Part shown: piece after piece, positions 34,529 through 49,500 of the stretch | How the letters are laid out: every line of letters starts with the position of its first letter | Position numbering within the stretch: the first letter of the stretch is position 1 | Source: Antedon mediterranea | Taxonomy: Eukaryota; Animalia; Echinodermata | Direction: 5' to 3' | Assembly: GCF_964355755.1 (NCBI RefSeq) | Contig: NC_092673.1 | Coordinates: 30,377,648-30,441,647, forward strand | DNA length: 64,000 nt | Program-made: the position numbers and the translations under genes | Notes under the pieces: model-generated | Database searches by the model: none | Told to the model about the DNA's origin: nothing | What the model saw: the letters and a program-made list of their open reading frames with translations, nothing else

Positions 34529-37500
34529 TAAAAAAAGAATGTTGAAAGTGGCCAAAATAAGTTTGTGGGAAAACTTGACTTCATAGGCACCAGATTAAAA
34601 AGTTTAAACTAAAGGTGTAGAGTCTAATTTACAAGAACCTTATACGGTAACACTATAAGCATGAATGTAAATGATAGATAAATTAAAGACATATATTTTT
34701 ATATTTGTAACTATCGTTTGGGTTAACTCAACGGAAAAGCACCTGATGTTTCAGAAAATTAAATGCCCAGATCAATCAATCAAAATCAATCAGATTAATC
34801 TTAATTCATTTAAATATATCTCTTTGGACATCGATAGCGCAATACAGTACACACATCATGTGTGGTTGTTTGACATCAATGTTACGGCTCTTCCATTTTA
34901 GGGTATATAAAACATAGGATTACGTGTATTACCGTATATACTAGGCCTATTCATTATTTTATTTTCCTATCTGCACATTGTTGCTTTTCTAATCATGCGG
35001 AGTGCTGTAGAGGAGCATTACGGGCTGCAACATGTTTTAATCAAGAAAAAGGGAAGGTGTCTCTTATTTACCAGGGTTAAGTTAGCGATAACTGGGCACA
35101 TGAAACCAACTCACTCGGGTAAAGAACTAATCTTGAAAAGTTCATTGAACTCTGATTATACTGTACCAGTGATGAAATGAGTAACTTGTTCTCTTAAATT
35201 AAACGGCGACTATAAATGGTTATGGTTATAAATGTGATTATTAATTTTGAAAAAAAAAAACTTACTTAGTTTTACCGTCCTCTTTGTAGGAAATACCATC
35301 TTTGCCCATTATCAGATACTTGTGGCCAAGTTTAAATACGTCACAACCTGGACACGAACTCTTTATAATGAAAAGGCGGGGGGATCCTTCAGTATCGCTC
35401 ACCTCGTCAAATTGATCGCTGCCTAAAAAGACAAAGAGAGGTTCAGAAAAGAATGTTAGGACGTTTAGGAGTCCCATACTCCAAATCTATATAAACACCG
35501 TTAGGTGAGAGAACTCTAATCCTGCTCAATACCATAAGGAGCTGACCGGCTAGTATTTATAATACTATATATACTGACCTATATAAGCTAACGTAACCTT
35601 TACATGGTACAGGAATAACATGATTTACATGATATGCTAAATTACGGAATGTCAATATTGGAAATACTCAGAGAAACCGGTTGAAATGCCGATAATCGTA
35701 TACGGTACGACTACGTACCTTTTTTTAATCTGCTAACATTCGCGTTGAGAGTAATGAAGCCGTTTATTGTATCAACGGAAAGAGCAACAGCCTCGAACAC
35801 TAGTAAATAAAAACAAAGACGTAATTGACAACTGGCCTTTTCAGAGCACCTCATTTTTGTCGTTCGTTCTTTTTGATTAGTGCTTGTAAATGATATTATG
35901 AAGTTTGTCTTTCACTCACTACAAACAGTGAGGAGTGAGTGGCCGAGCGGTTAAGACAGTGGAACTGTAATCCATAGCCATAACATGGCAAGGGTTTGAG
36001 CCTCACTCGCTCCATTGTTCTGGTGGTAGAACAAGTCTTCTCGGATAAGGACTATAAACCGTAGGTCCAGTGTATGCATATTGCTCGTGTGCACTTTAGA
36101 GAACCTAGTACATCTTTCGATACGAGTAGGGGGTTACCCCAGTGTACTAGTTCACACACATACACACGCACACTGTCGTGGACAGACGAAAATGCCGCCG
36201 TAGTTGGCTGCCGATGACACGATGTGACCCTTAGGGGAGAAGAATGTTGTTGAAAAGGTAACATCTAAGTCCACAGCGCATAGAGACGCAGGAGCAGAGT
36301 CTTCACATCTGAAGTTGACTCCAAAATACGAAGAACAACTTTCGTGCCACATGGTCTGTCAAAAATTACTATTCACTGTTCTAGATCGGTCATGATATGC
36401 AATAATTAATTTTTAAAATTAACATAATGAGTGAGTAGTTAAGACAGTGGAACCGTAGTCATAACATCGGCAAGGGTTTGAGGCTCACTCGCTCCATGGT
36501 TCTGGTTGTAGAAGGAGTCTTCTCGGATGAGGACTATTTTACTTGACTCCATATCATTGAATGGAATAGTCGTCTCATACAAATGTTTTTCTATTACACG
36601 AATACATTCAGCATTTTTTATAACACAACCACATTTTACTCCTAAATTGAATTTTTACCATAATCGATTTCACTCTTTGATCCACAAGCCAGGTCTTCAA
36701 GTTTGTCAGGCGACGCTTTCTCTACTTCGGATCTCCCACAAATTGGACAAGCACCTAGCAGCGTAACGAAATATACAGACACATGTTAGGAGTTCCAGGC
36801 GGCGATTCGGCTTAATATAGGTAAAAAGATAAACATTTTGGCACACATGGCTTGTCATACGTACACTTGAATACTGGGAATCAAACCGTGATGGTCATGC
36901 TCGGAAACGAATACCAACAAAATGAAAAGCTTTCTTTAAAAATCTAGCTACAGTAATTGAAAGATAATTAATTAAAGATAATCAACTACGTTTCGATAAT
37001 CAGTTTTCTTTTGTATAAGAAAATCAATCTATTGTATAGTTACCTGACGCACAAACACAAATATCGCCCTCACAAGCTTGTCTCAATTCAGTTTGATCGT
37101 CAAATGGGTTATAAAATGCAGTGCATTTTTTCTCTGTTAAAAACAATAAAACATAATAAACTTCCTCAATATAGTGATGTGATAATGTAGTTCCGTGATA
37201 GTGTAGTTTCGTAGTAACTTGATGGACTAGACTGATTTCAATAAATAAAACAGCTTACAAAATTAAGAAAAACCTACTAATTTCATTGCCATTATGCCAA
37301 TATTGAATACTTCTCCAAATAGGGATTTTTAAATGTGCATGTACTTTCAAGATATGTGCAATTAGTGCTAACATGTGCATTCCTAATCGATGTTACCTAG
37401 GTTAGGTAACCTATTTAGCTAGCCTAGTTAGTTATAGGTTATAATAGTATTCATTTAGTTCATCGATATGAATTAATACACATATCTGCCTGAACGAAAC

Positions 37501-40500
37501 TTAAAAACAAAAAGCTACCTGGGAAATAGTAATCGAAAACTGTGACGCTAGCTGACTGAGCATTACCAATTATAAATTCTCGTTCGACATGAAAAGGAAG
37601 AGTTGTTAGGTTTGAAGTCAACTGCAAACAAATTATAAGAAGAAGAAAAAAACATTTTGTCACCGAAAATATAACAAAATAAACATGGATAAATAAAACA
37701 AAATGTTCGGCGTGAGTCAAAGAAACTGGTTGTTTTATACAAAATAAAGCTTGGTTCCCACTAGCGACGCAACGTAATATATGCAACGAAAGAAAAATTC
37801 CCTTCTAATAGTTGTGTTTGCCCCCGCCTGCGTGAACTCAAACCTGCGATGTTTGCAGCACTATTGCGTCGTCGGTTTGATTACGCAATACGTCGTAGCG
37901 TTGCGTTCTAGTGGGTTAGCTTCTTTCCGTCGGAAAGCGATCTGTTGCGCCGTATGGTTTTCGACGATCACGGAAGTTTATTTGTTAATCTTCTTCACTT
38001 TAGAATTGACCATGTAATCTCATCTTTACTAAATAAAGGTAACATACTTACTGTTTTTAGATACAATACAACCTTTCTGTCGACATTCTCATATCGTTCT
38101 ACTGGGTACTCGACAGAATCTACAAGCTAAATAATAAAGGAAACATTATTAGCACTAATACGAATAACATGTAGCATAGTGACAACAAATAATAATACCT
38201 AACAATACTTAAATCAAGTAGGCTAAATTTTGTATTTTTGCAAGATAACCGATTTATATCGTTTGGAACTAGAAAAAACATCATTATACCGTAAGCATAT
38301 GTCATTATTAAATCAATTTTTTGATTGGTTCGAAAAAAAAAATGTATATACCTAAAAAACTTTAATATAAAGCAAAACATATTCAAATTTTTGATTGAAT
38401 TTGACCATTTATTTTGTCATTTTTCCGGGTTTTTTTCTACGAAAGGTATTAACTTTATTGAAACTACCAATAATCTATTGAAAGTCTGATTTTATTAATC
38501 TTTATTTTTCATGTTTTTGGGGAACAATACATCTTTTAAGAATAAGGTAGAAATTTAATTTAAAAAAAAAATTTTTACATTATCCAATGTGCTCTGTACT
38601 GGAGTAAAACCTGTTAATAAACCAACATCAACAATCGCCATATCCGTTTGTCCATTTAGTTCTTTTTGATATCTAATAATTGTATCATATTAGTTAGGTA
38701 AAAAAAGTAAGGGACATGCAAATACAGTGATCCGATATTAATTAACTTAATTGCAAAACAACCAAAACATATTTTTACTACTTTTTTAACAATATATTTT
38801 TACTTTCTATACACCTTTCTTAATAGTTTTAATAAATAAAAAAAAACAATTAGCTTACTTAACAGCAACCTCCAATCTATACCGTTTGGTTTCAGAGCTG
38901 GGATCTGCTTGTAATTGTACCATTTGTGCAAAGATATAAAATGCACATTCTTCTCCTGGGGTAGCAGCTGGAGTATTGTAAATAACTTCAACCTAACAGA
39001 CAAAATTGTTGCTTTCAGTAGGCCTAAAATAAACGACGCGTTTCAAGTGTCAAATTGTACACGCATCTTTACAACACGGCAATCCGTCAACCTCGCCCCT
39101 GAAATGTAATATTAATCGACTTGGCTAATTATAATAATCTCTCTTACCTGAGCCTGGGCAACACCTTCTCCCTTGCATTTAATGATCAGTGTACCGTCAA
39201 AAGGACACTGAAACAACATGAATTAAACATTATTATGTACCTACATAACTCAAGTGTATAACTCAGGACTGGTTCTAACATTTGAATTGACGTGACTAAT
39301 ACACTAGTTTACACATAGGCCTATGCAGTGTTCACTCACTGTCTTTCTTTGTGATAAGGTTGATGTTTTGCTGTCAATATCTACACTCTCCTCGTATTTT
39401 TTCGTTGATGTCGAAGTTACATAGCACGTCATAACAACAGGCGCAATTGAGGTTTCACTTGCATACGTTGATAGGGCTTCAAAAGCAATTGCAGTGTCCT
39501 TAAATGAAAAACACCCCAAAACTGCGGATAACCCCAATTGTTATCCGCAGTACGTCATATGTTGGAGTACCATAACAACAATCAATGAAAAAAGAATTGT
39601 TGTTTTGATTTAAACAAAGAACGAAATTAGAAAAAAAGTTTTATATAGATTTGTATATTTTTAAGTGCCATTCAAGGAGGTTGGGCGAGACAAAATGGTT
39701 GTGAAGAAGTTATTAATTGTTTATTGAAATAAAACAGAGAAAGAAAGAAAATCGTCATTGTAGTATGTTGTTGGAGATTTTTTTTTATATTTTGAGAGTT
39801 AAAAACACCATTCTTTAGGTAAGTAAGTCATGTGTGTGTTAAGAACGATGGAAATAATGTTAAAGTGGAAAGCTGCCATTACAAAAATAGAAAAGAAGTG
39901 GATTTAAAATATGTACAGTATAAAGAAAGGTTACTCACACGCACACCCCCACCCCAACACACACAAACAAACAAACAAACCAAAAACATAATACTAACGG
40001 ATGTAGAACTGAACCCGCGTTTGAAGTCTCTGTGTTCCGTCAGCCAATTCACCATACCGTTTGCATACCTAATCTCATTTCTGTGGACAGCAGTCAACAG
40101 CGCATAGCTTGTTGCTTCGACCGTCAGTGCCTTTGAGTTCATTGTAAAGTGACGTAGGCCCTTAACTGTATCAAACGAGGCGCCTTCTTTCACTTTGGTC
40201 CATACTTCATCTTTAAGTGTACTGTTTACCACATTCAATGCGTATGCTACGACTGTACGATGGTAAACTGTTTCCAAAGTATTAAAATTAGCCTCGAGGT
40301 ACGAAATAGCTTTTGCAATTCTGTCATCATAAATCTGCAAATAAAAATAAACAATACTTTTCAAGTATTCTGGCTCACAAAGTGCTTTCTAAGTTTTCTT
40401 TAAAGAGGAAAAATAGTAATTTTAAAAGGTGGCGGTTTGCGGTTTAAGAAACTGTACAGTACGACACTGTTCATTGCTTGGTTCCCACTAGGACACAACG

Positions 40501-43500
40501 TAATAAAGCGTTGTTCCCACTAGCCGTGACGTATTGACGCAAAGTGATGTATTGCGTAATCGCTGGTTTGATTTCATTTCACGCAGGCGGGGGAAAACAC
40601 AATATGGAAGGGCATTTTCTTACATTGCGTAGGTTGCGTTACGCTGCGTCGCTAGTGGGAACCAAGCTTTACGACGCGTCGCGACGTAGACGCAACGTAA
40701 CAATGCAAAGTGTCGTAGGAACATGCACTTATTGTATCACAAGTGGGAACCAACTGTGTAAACACGGTGCCGTTAGACGCAAGCAGAAACTATTCAACTT
40801 TCCGCAGAATGTTGCTTTCGGCAGACATTAAGTCGATTGCGTAAAGTGAAATATATTAAACGTTGCGTCATTACGTTGCGTCATTACGTTGCGTTGCGGC
40901 ATTATTTTCTACTGGAAACCAAGCTTGGTTTGTGGAGCAACAAAGATAATATAAGGGATACTGTATATTGAACAATTGAACAATAATTAAGGAGAAAAAA
41001 ATGTTGAACAGGCCATTTTAATTTGACATAATAATTATAGTTATTCACTTTGATAAAAAATTGGATCTAAAAACATATTTACTTGATAAAACCCTGATAT
41101 TCAACACAAAGCCCATTGCGTTAGGAAACGGATTTCTGGTTTAAATTTAACTGGTTTTTTTTGTAAGCAATATAACTATTTGTAGGTTTTTCGGCGAAAA
41201 TGAATGACTTTATTTAACTTCAAAATGGCCGATTCAAAGCTTGTTTTGGGAATACATCTTTAATGTTGGAGTAGTTGATACTTACCACACCACAATCCAC
41301 AGGCTTATATTTTAGGTATTTTGGGTTGTATTTTTTCAAAGTTGTGACAACAAATGCGGTCATCATAATGTCACCACTGATTCCACCCTAGAAATATAAA
41401 GTCATATTGTATGAATTGGAGAAAAGTAATAAAATAATAATCTGACGGCTCTTCCGTACATAAATGAATGTTAAATGGAGAAAATTTTTCCATGATAGAG
41501 TTCTCTTTTAACAAGGCCGGAGTAAATTTAAAAAAAGGTAATAAGTAAAAAGTATTTGTGTTATGGAATTTAAATACTGAAATAAAATAAAAAATGAAAT
41601 AGATCGACTGCATTTGCAAACAATTCACTGCTACATTTTATCGTTGCACTTACGGCCATATCTTTATGAATAACTGTGTTGTTTTCGTAGAATCTACCCT
41701 GACCTTCAACCTCATCGATATCCACGTATCGCGTTTCAAAAAAATTAAACGCGTTACAAAGGATTGTACTGTTAACATATCTTTGTAGTACAAGCGCGTT
41801 GTAGAACACTTTAACCGTATAAGCCGTCAGCCTATTGAAAATAATGAGAGTTTACTCAATATTACATTTTGTTGTAACTTTAGATAGGTTTGTTTATATT
41901 CAAAAACAATAATTGTGATTCTTCAAATTAAGACCTGCAAAAAAAAAACCCACAAAGTGCACCCCCGCTAGCATTTTTCCTATCCAATTAAGGCAGAAAA
42001 CATGAATAATTCATAACCTTAATTATTTTCTATTATAAAGAATTGCAAGATAGCTGATATACTTCCTAAATATATTAAACCTAACTCTCTAAATAATCTC
42101 TCTCAACTATTTAAAAAAAACCGAGGGCTCCAGTGTAATAGGTTAAAGCCTTTACTATACCAAACATTTCGGTTGGTAAACGCTGTTAATCTCTCTGCAT
42201 ACTTATATAGCGCCCTCTATAATGTGCCATATTATGTAAATTAATTTTGTAAATAATTATTCGAATGAATTATTAATGATTTCTGCCTTAATTGGATAGG
42301 AAAAAAATATTCACTCCGCTAGCCTATTCATGCTGTATAGATTCCTGTATTTTATTAACTATGTTTGAAGTATGACGTAAAAATGACTACAATACGCTAA
42401 TAAAAACGCTCTATCACGTCTGTGTAGTTGAATGGTTTGTAGCTGTAGCTTTGGATGTCGATGTTTACCGGGTTTTAACCCTACCTACGAATGAGTTTTT
42501 TTTCTGCATCGCCTACCTACTAAAAATAAATTCTTCCATACTGAAAAAAATTACCCACCAAGTACTGCCAGGTCTACGATCTCCCCACGCTGAAAATGAC
42601 CCGTCATCCGTTCTTTGATAGGTGATCATTCTCTGGTAACCTAAGACAAATCAACAGCGTTATAACATAGCTGGTACATTCTAACCTCATGGCTGATAAA
42701 TCAATTAATTAATTTTGTGTTCATTTTGTAATTCAGTATTAGATATAAACAAACATATGCTCTAGTGTAAATAATATTTTCCCAATAAATAAATGGCTTT
42801 GTATACTATTTTCACAATTAATACTTAGATCGCTATAGAATTAGATTATTATCTATTATTGTTAGTTAATATTCTTAATATTCTCCAGGTTTGTGAGGAC
42901 TGTAGGTTCTACCAAAATAATGCACCTAGTACTCTGATGGAAACATTGAATAAACAATTATACATACTTTTTTCTACATTCGAGAAGCCGTTTTCTTCCA
43001 ACTTGCCGGTGATTTGATTGGTTTTATCCAGGTATAACATCGTGTAAACATTAGCTGACATAAACATCATGGTCTGTTCACCACATCCCATTGGCTTACC
43101 GAGTAACGAACCAGGGTCTAACCCTTCAATTATTGAACTTACAGAAGGGCTCATAACATCACCTGTAATATAATTACAATATATATAATATCATTTTTGC
43201 ATAATTATTACAATCGAGAGGATATCAGCAAACTGCACAAGCTACCTATTTTGTTGTTATTTATTTAGACCATATAACATGACATTTACAAATGTCATGT
43301 TCTATGGGCTAAATACAGTCTTGCAATGGACATCAACATAATAAGAGGAAGATAAAATGGTATAGTTAAAGATGGACGACCTGGGTGTAGATGCATTTAA
43401 ATGCATAATATCCACTGAAACATGCAAAGAGGAGTAAAATATACAACATTTACTTCTGTGTACGTTTTACAGTAGACTTATTTATTGTCTGTTTTATGTT

Positions 43501-46500
43501 AAGCTTGGTTCCCCCTAGAACGCAACACAAAGACGTAAACGCAACGTAAGCGAGTTGACCAATCACAAGCTTTGTAATTATTCAAACTTTCGCTTGTCAT
43601 TGGTCAACACGCTTGCTTTGCGTTACGTCCTTGCGTTTTGTCTCCAGTGGGAACCAAGCTTTAGTCTACCAGTCGCCGTTTCGATTTTTTTCCGAAATTG
43701 AGATGAGTTGTAGTAAGTAGTATAAGTAATTTTACTTTCATTGGACCAGAGATAAAGATTGAATGAATTATACGTTTGAAACGCCATTTGTGCCAAAATA
43801 TTTATCTTTTCATTAATTTCGGTCTAGAACCTAGACTAGTTTGTCAGAATCATGAACAGTGTATCGTATATGATCGCTATATTATTCAATTTGCTTTTGA
43901 AATTCATTGAAAAATATTTCGGACATAGCGCTATGCGGACAAGATAATTAATATAATGCAGAATCAAAAAACACCTCCCACATTACAAATGTATGTTGTT
44001 ATTCAACTTACCAAAAAATGTGATGAAACATTGTTCTGTTCCTGGTATTATATTAGAGTCAGTAATTGATATATTCATGCTGTCCGTCTGCACACTGTTT
44101 GCTAAGTTACGACTTGCTGTAGACAATATTTTCATACAAATTAATTGATCAACTTCGAAGCGTGGTTCTCACTAAAAACGCAACGCAAGGACGCCAACGC
44201 GACGCAGGCGAGTCGACCAATAAAAAAACGAAACTTGAATAAGCCATCGCTTGTGATTTGTCAAATCACTTGCGTTGCGCTTACGTTCCTGCGTCGTAGT
44301 GGAAATTCAACCAAGTGGTGTTATTATTATTATTTATTTCCTTTATTGCATCAAGTAAGCAGTGATGAAGTTGACATAAATATAATAGTAAATATGTAAA
44401 CACATAGTATAACACAGTCCAAACAAGTAATACTAAAATATATCATAGTCCACAAATCAGTCTTTCAATGGCCATCATAGTACATCCAGTAACACAAACC
44501 AATAGAGGTTCACAATTTGCTTATCATAACTCAGCTACTGATCATTCACCAATCATTGAAAACTCCGTGGAAATAATGAAGTTTTTTGTGCGTTGTATCC
44601 GGACTTTGGGGAGGGTGAACGATCTAACGCGTCGGAGCTGATGGTTGTGTGTGGGAGGTTTAGGTAAGAGAGAGTGTAATATATGATCTTTTTTTTTCAT
44701 TTTATCAAAGAATTTTCTTGACAACTTCTCGCGGCGTTCAGATAGAGTGATGATGTTAAGGTATCTGCGGGTATCAGCATACGAGGTACCATCGGGCATA
44801 TTATGTTACACGCTCTTCTTTGGACATGTTCGATTTGGTCAGATTGTGCTTTGGATAAACTCGGGGACCAAACAGCACAGGCATATTCGAGAACTGGTCG
44901 TATCACTGCTTGATAGTATCGGAGCAGTTCCAGTCTATCTAGGCCAGACAGAACATAACGTAACGTTCCAATAGCGACGGAACATAACGCAACCTACGCA
45001 ACGTAAGAAAATGCGTTGCGTTCTTTTGGGAATCAAGCTTTAGTTGATGTATGTGTGATGTATGTGTAATGATGGGTTATAAATGCAAGTAGGTTCCGTC
45101 TAAATAAAATACGTGTAATGTGTTTAAACAGAGAACATATAAAGGGTATTTGGTTCAAATTGCGCATACGCATTAACTTCTCTTGTGAAATTTCTGAATT
45201 CTTCCGTACGTGCAATTTTCTTCTAGAAAGAATTACAATTTCAAATATTAATATCTCTACTCGAACAATTCACCAATTTAGTATTCACGGCGAAAATAAA
45301 GCTATAACTACACTCAACAAAATGATAGATAGATACTGTACTCACTTTCTGCTTTAAATGGGAATTCGTTATGTAGGGGTTGATCAGGTTCTTCTACATC
45401 TCCGGTTTCTATTCCACTTGGACGTGAGCCAGCAGGATCAATCAGCAACATTTTAGAATGATACCTTTCAACTCCTTCGTGCTGCCATAATTAAATCATA
45501 CAAAAACATATCGATCACTTTAAACTAAGTATTGTGTATGCAGATTTACAGCACGTTCCAACATATTCCAGTTTTATTAATACATTTAAATCTGGTTTAG
45601 TTACTTGAAATAAGTTGGAGATTATATATTCCTTACTTAAAATTTGTTTTGATTATCTTACGCTCTGCTACACTATCAAACTTTATGTGATGTGACCATA
45701 TATGGACATGATGATGATGTCATATCACTACCATATTTGGCCATATCACTACCATGTTTAGGCACATCAAACTTGTTTTGTCAAACTAGTTTGATAGTGT
45801 AGACATAGCTTTACAAATTGTATAATACAAGAGTGACAACTGTTCATTTATCAATACATTGTATTTCTTCTAATAGTCGATTCTAATAACAATGATAACA
45901 AGAAAGCCACTCCGAGAGTGCATACCTCCGCCTACTGTAAAATTCTCCTACATAAGATTTCTCCGGTAAAAAAAAATATATATATACATTTGTGTGTGTC
46001 TTAATGCTGTTTGTGATTTAGGCTAATTTCACTATAAGCATGTGTATGCGAGTTTGGTGTAATGGTTATGTAACAAGCCTTTCAATTAACAATAGCTTCA
46101 GTTGACTAACAATGGAACAGCAATGCGAAAATCAAACGAGTAAATTTGAAAAGAAATAGGTTTTTTAAACTACGCGCATCAAATAACGTGCACATTAAAT
46201 CAAATTATGTTTTAAAATTACAAATCACAAATTATAACTCTTGCCTCTTGTATAAAAATGAAGTTTTTTTGGCAAGTAGTTCTCGAGAAAATGTAATTTT
46301 AGTTTACTTCTTACTTTAAGACTGCTCGCCGGCTTTTGAAAAAAATCTGTCCTATCTTTTAACACTAGCAGGTCTGAAAAAGTATACTAAAAAGTGGTCC
46401 AGAATTGGGACTGTGGTCCCAAATGGTCCCAGAATTTAAGAGAATGGTCCTTGACCACATATCTATCTGTCTGATCATTTTGGTAAAGATCTTGTAATTA

Positions 46501-49500
46501 CTTTTTGAGTAATCCTGCTAACTAACAAACAAACAAACAAACACACGCTACCGATTACATATACCTCCTTGGCGGAGGTAAATAATTTATAGCATGGTTA
46601 CATGTTAATGTTAGGCCTACGTCTTTTCCACACTTATAATTGTCTGTACTTATTAGTATTCAATAGTAGGCAAACTTACAACAACCAGAATCTTTTTACG
46701 GATTGCGTCAGTTCCGTCAATAGTGTAGGCGTTGATCTCAATCGTAGGACTGCCAACAGTTTGTGGAATAATGTTGAAATAGGTCGTCTTTGCGTCGTGC
46801 TTTGGTATTGTCAACTGGTGCTTAGATCCCTTTTCTCCTGGAGGACTTTCTGAGCAAATGCCTTCTGAACCATACATATACACATTTGCCTTCAAATAAA
46901 AATAATAAATAAAGGTTACGTAAACCAGTCTATATTTTAAACTAAGTATAGGTTATATGAAGTGACGACTAAAATCTTCTTCTGATGCATTTATAGTAAG
47001 TTAAGCATATATTTTTCAGAATTATAGAATTTTGGCAATGTAAGACATAAAATGATCATTTAATGACTATAATCAACGTCGTTGAGTTGCGTCCAAGTGA
47101 AAAGCTTAAAGATGTATTGTCCCCCAAAAACATGAAAAATTAAGATTAATTAAATCAGACTTTGAATAGGTTATTTTGTAGTTTTCATATAGGTTATCCC
47201 CTTCCGTAAAAAACCCCGGAAAAAATTGTGTTTTACCATATAAAATGTCAAAATAAATGGTCAAATTCAACCAAAAACCCATTGCTAGCTGGCAGCTAAT
47301 TTGACCATTTTTTGCTTTAAATTACAGTTTTTTCGGATAAATACATTTTTTTCCGATCCATTTTTTGGTCAAAGTGGATAACTATTATGTTGTATTTAAA
47401 TTGCATATTCAACAACAATTGTGTTCAGAATATTTTTTTCAGGGGGACAATACATCTTTAAACCATTCAAAAATGAATTATCTAGACCTACCGCTGACAA
47501 AATAATTAGGGTTATGTCAATGTTGTAATTGTACGCGTGTTAAAAACAACGATAAGTTCTTGGCTAAACCATGGACCTACATTAAGCCAATGGCAAAACC
47601 ATGGACATATACATTTATAAGTCTATCGCTAAACCCATTTATTTAATATACTAACAGTGATGTCTGTATCTTTGTAGTTAAACACGGTAGCTTGGACTTG
47701 TGTTTGTTCGCCTCTGACGATTGAATACGGCATCTTTAACTGTATAAATACATCTTTTGAAACTTCTATCTCTCTTGGTTCTGCTACACACATTCCCATT
47801 AAAGTTGACACTGATGAAGCCTGTATAATCCAGTTGGTGATACTGTGAGGGACAGATGGGGTTTTGGTTATCTTTCCGCTTTTACTAGGAGATGAAAAAG
47901 AGGAAACCTGTCACAGTAAAACCACTGGTGTATAGATACAGTAAAATGCGTAGCTTGTTAAATTTGCTTTCGATTTGCAACGACCGACGACATATATGAC
48001 CAAACTACACTACTACAGTACGACATGTGTGAACATTGAGACGTGGTTCTCGCTCCTCCTCGGCGACACAGGTTTGATGGTTTCTAGGTCCAGAGGACGA
48101 CCGACAACACATCGACTGGCCTAACTTAGGTTGATCATCGGTCCTTGGTCGTCGCAAATCGAAAGCTCCCGATTTCTGATAAAGTATTCTTACGTACGGA
48201 ATATCAAATTCTTCAAAAATCCAAGTTTCTGGGAAATAACTTCTGGCAATAACTTCTAAACTCTCAACGATCTTTACCTCATCATCGCCACCAACTCTAC
48301 CAGCAATTGCATTTCTTTCTTCTTCTTTACTAGCACAACAGTTGTAGAATACTACAACTACGTTGTCAAGAAGATGTACATTTGGCGGATCTCCAATTTC
48401 TTCTGGAACGGTTATCCGCTTTCTTTTGCTAAATCTCTTGATTCGTTGTGCGCATGTCTTCTTGGGGATTTTGATAAAACCGTCTTCACAAGCTGAACAT
48501 AACTCTTCGTTCATCTTATACTCATCATAGCACGATTGTTGGTTTTCTTAAATTAAAACATACTTATTGAATCAAATAATGACACAGCGTTTAGCCGATT
48601 CTCGGTAATGTATTTATAATTTTACCAGTATCATAGGCAAATTCTGTAAAACGATGTCACATGTGACACATGCATCCTAGACCATAAGGCAAACCTTACC
48701 TTTACCCACATACGCCATATGACGGAGTGTAAATGTTCAAAGCTCAAAGTGGATGCACGCGCGTTATACTATAATACGTGGGTATGAATCCACTTGCATT
48801 TAAAGATGTATTGTCCCCCAAAAACATGAAATATGAAGATTAAAAAAATCAGACTTGAATATGTTATTTTGTAGTTTTAATAAAGTTAATCACTTCCATA
48901 GAAAAAAAACCCGAAAAAAAATAATGTTTTCATTTCTAAAATGACAAAATAAATGTTTAAATTTAACCAAAAATCCATTGGCTGGCAGCCAATTTGACCA
49001 TTTTTTGCTTTAAATTGCATTTTTGTCAAGTAAATACATTTTTTTTCGATAAAATTTGTGGTCAAAGTGGATAACTATTATGTTACATTAAAATGGAATA
49101 TTCAACAACATTTTGTTTAAAGAATTATTTTTTCAGGAGGACAATACATCTTTAAAGTAATAAGTATTTTTTTATTTTTGTCATATTTGAAAAAAAAAAG
49201 GTTTTTGCTTTTCCACCAAATGATGTATTTTTTACCTTAAGCTTGGGTCCCACTAGCGACGCAACGTAACGAAATCTACGCAAAGTAAGAAAATGCCCTT
49301 TCAATCATTGTGTTTGCCTCCGCCTGCGTGAAATCAAACCTACGATGTTTGCAGCACTATTGCGTCGTCGGTTCCCACTTGTGATTACGCAATACAGCAC
49401 TTTGCGTCAATAAAGCGTGGTTCCCACTAGCGACGCAACGCAAGGACGTAACGCGACGCAAATGAATTGACCAATCACAAAGTGATGGCTTATTCGCTTG

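Noticed and set aside
34399-34590. ORF with IYIYIY repeat
   Set aside because: Translation of the (TA)n microsatellite.
36152-36356. Possible C3 exon (TMWHESCSSYF)
   Set aside because: No phase-compatible donor; exon 36659-36754 joins 35718-35799 in frame without it.
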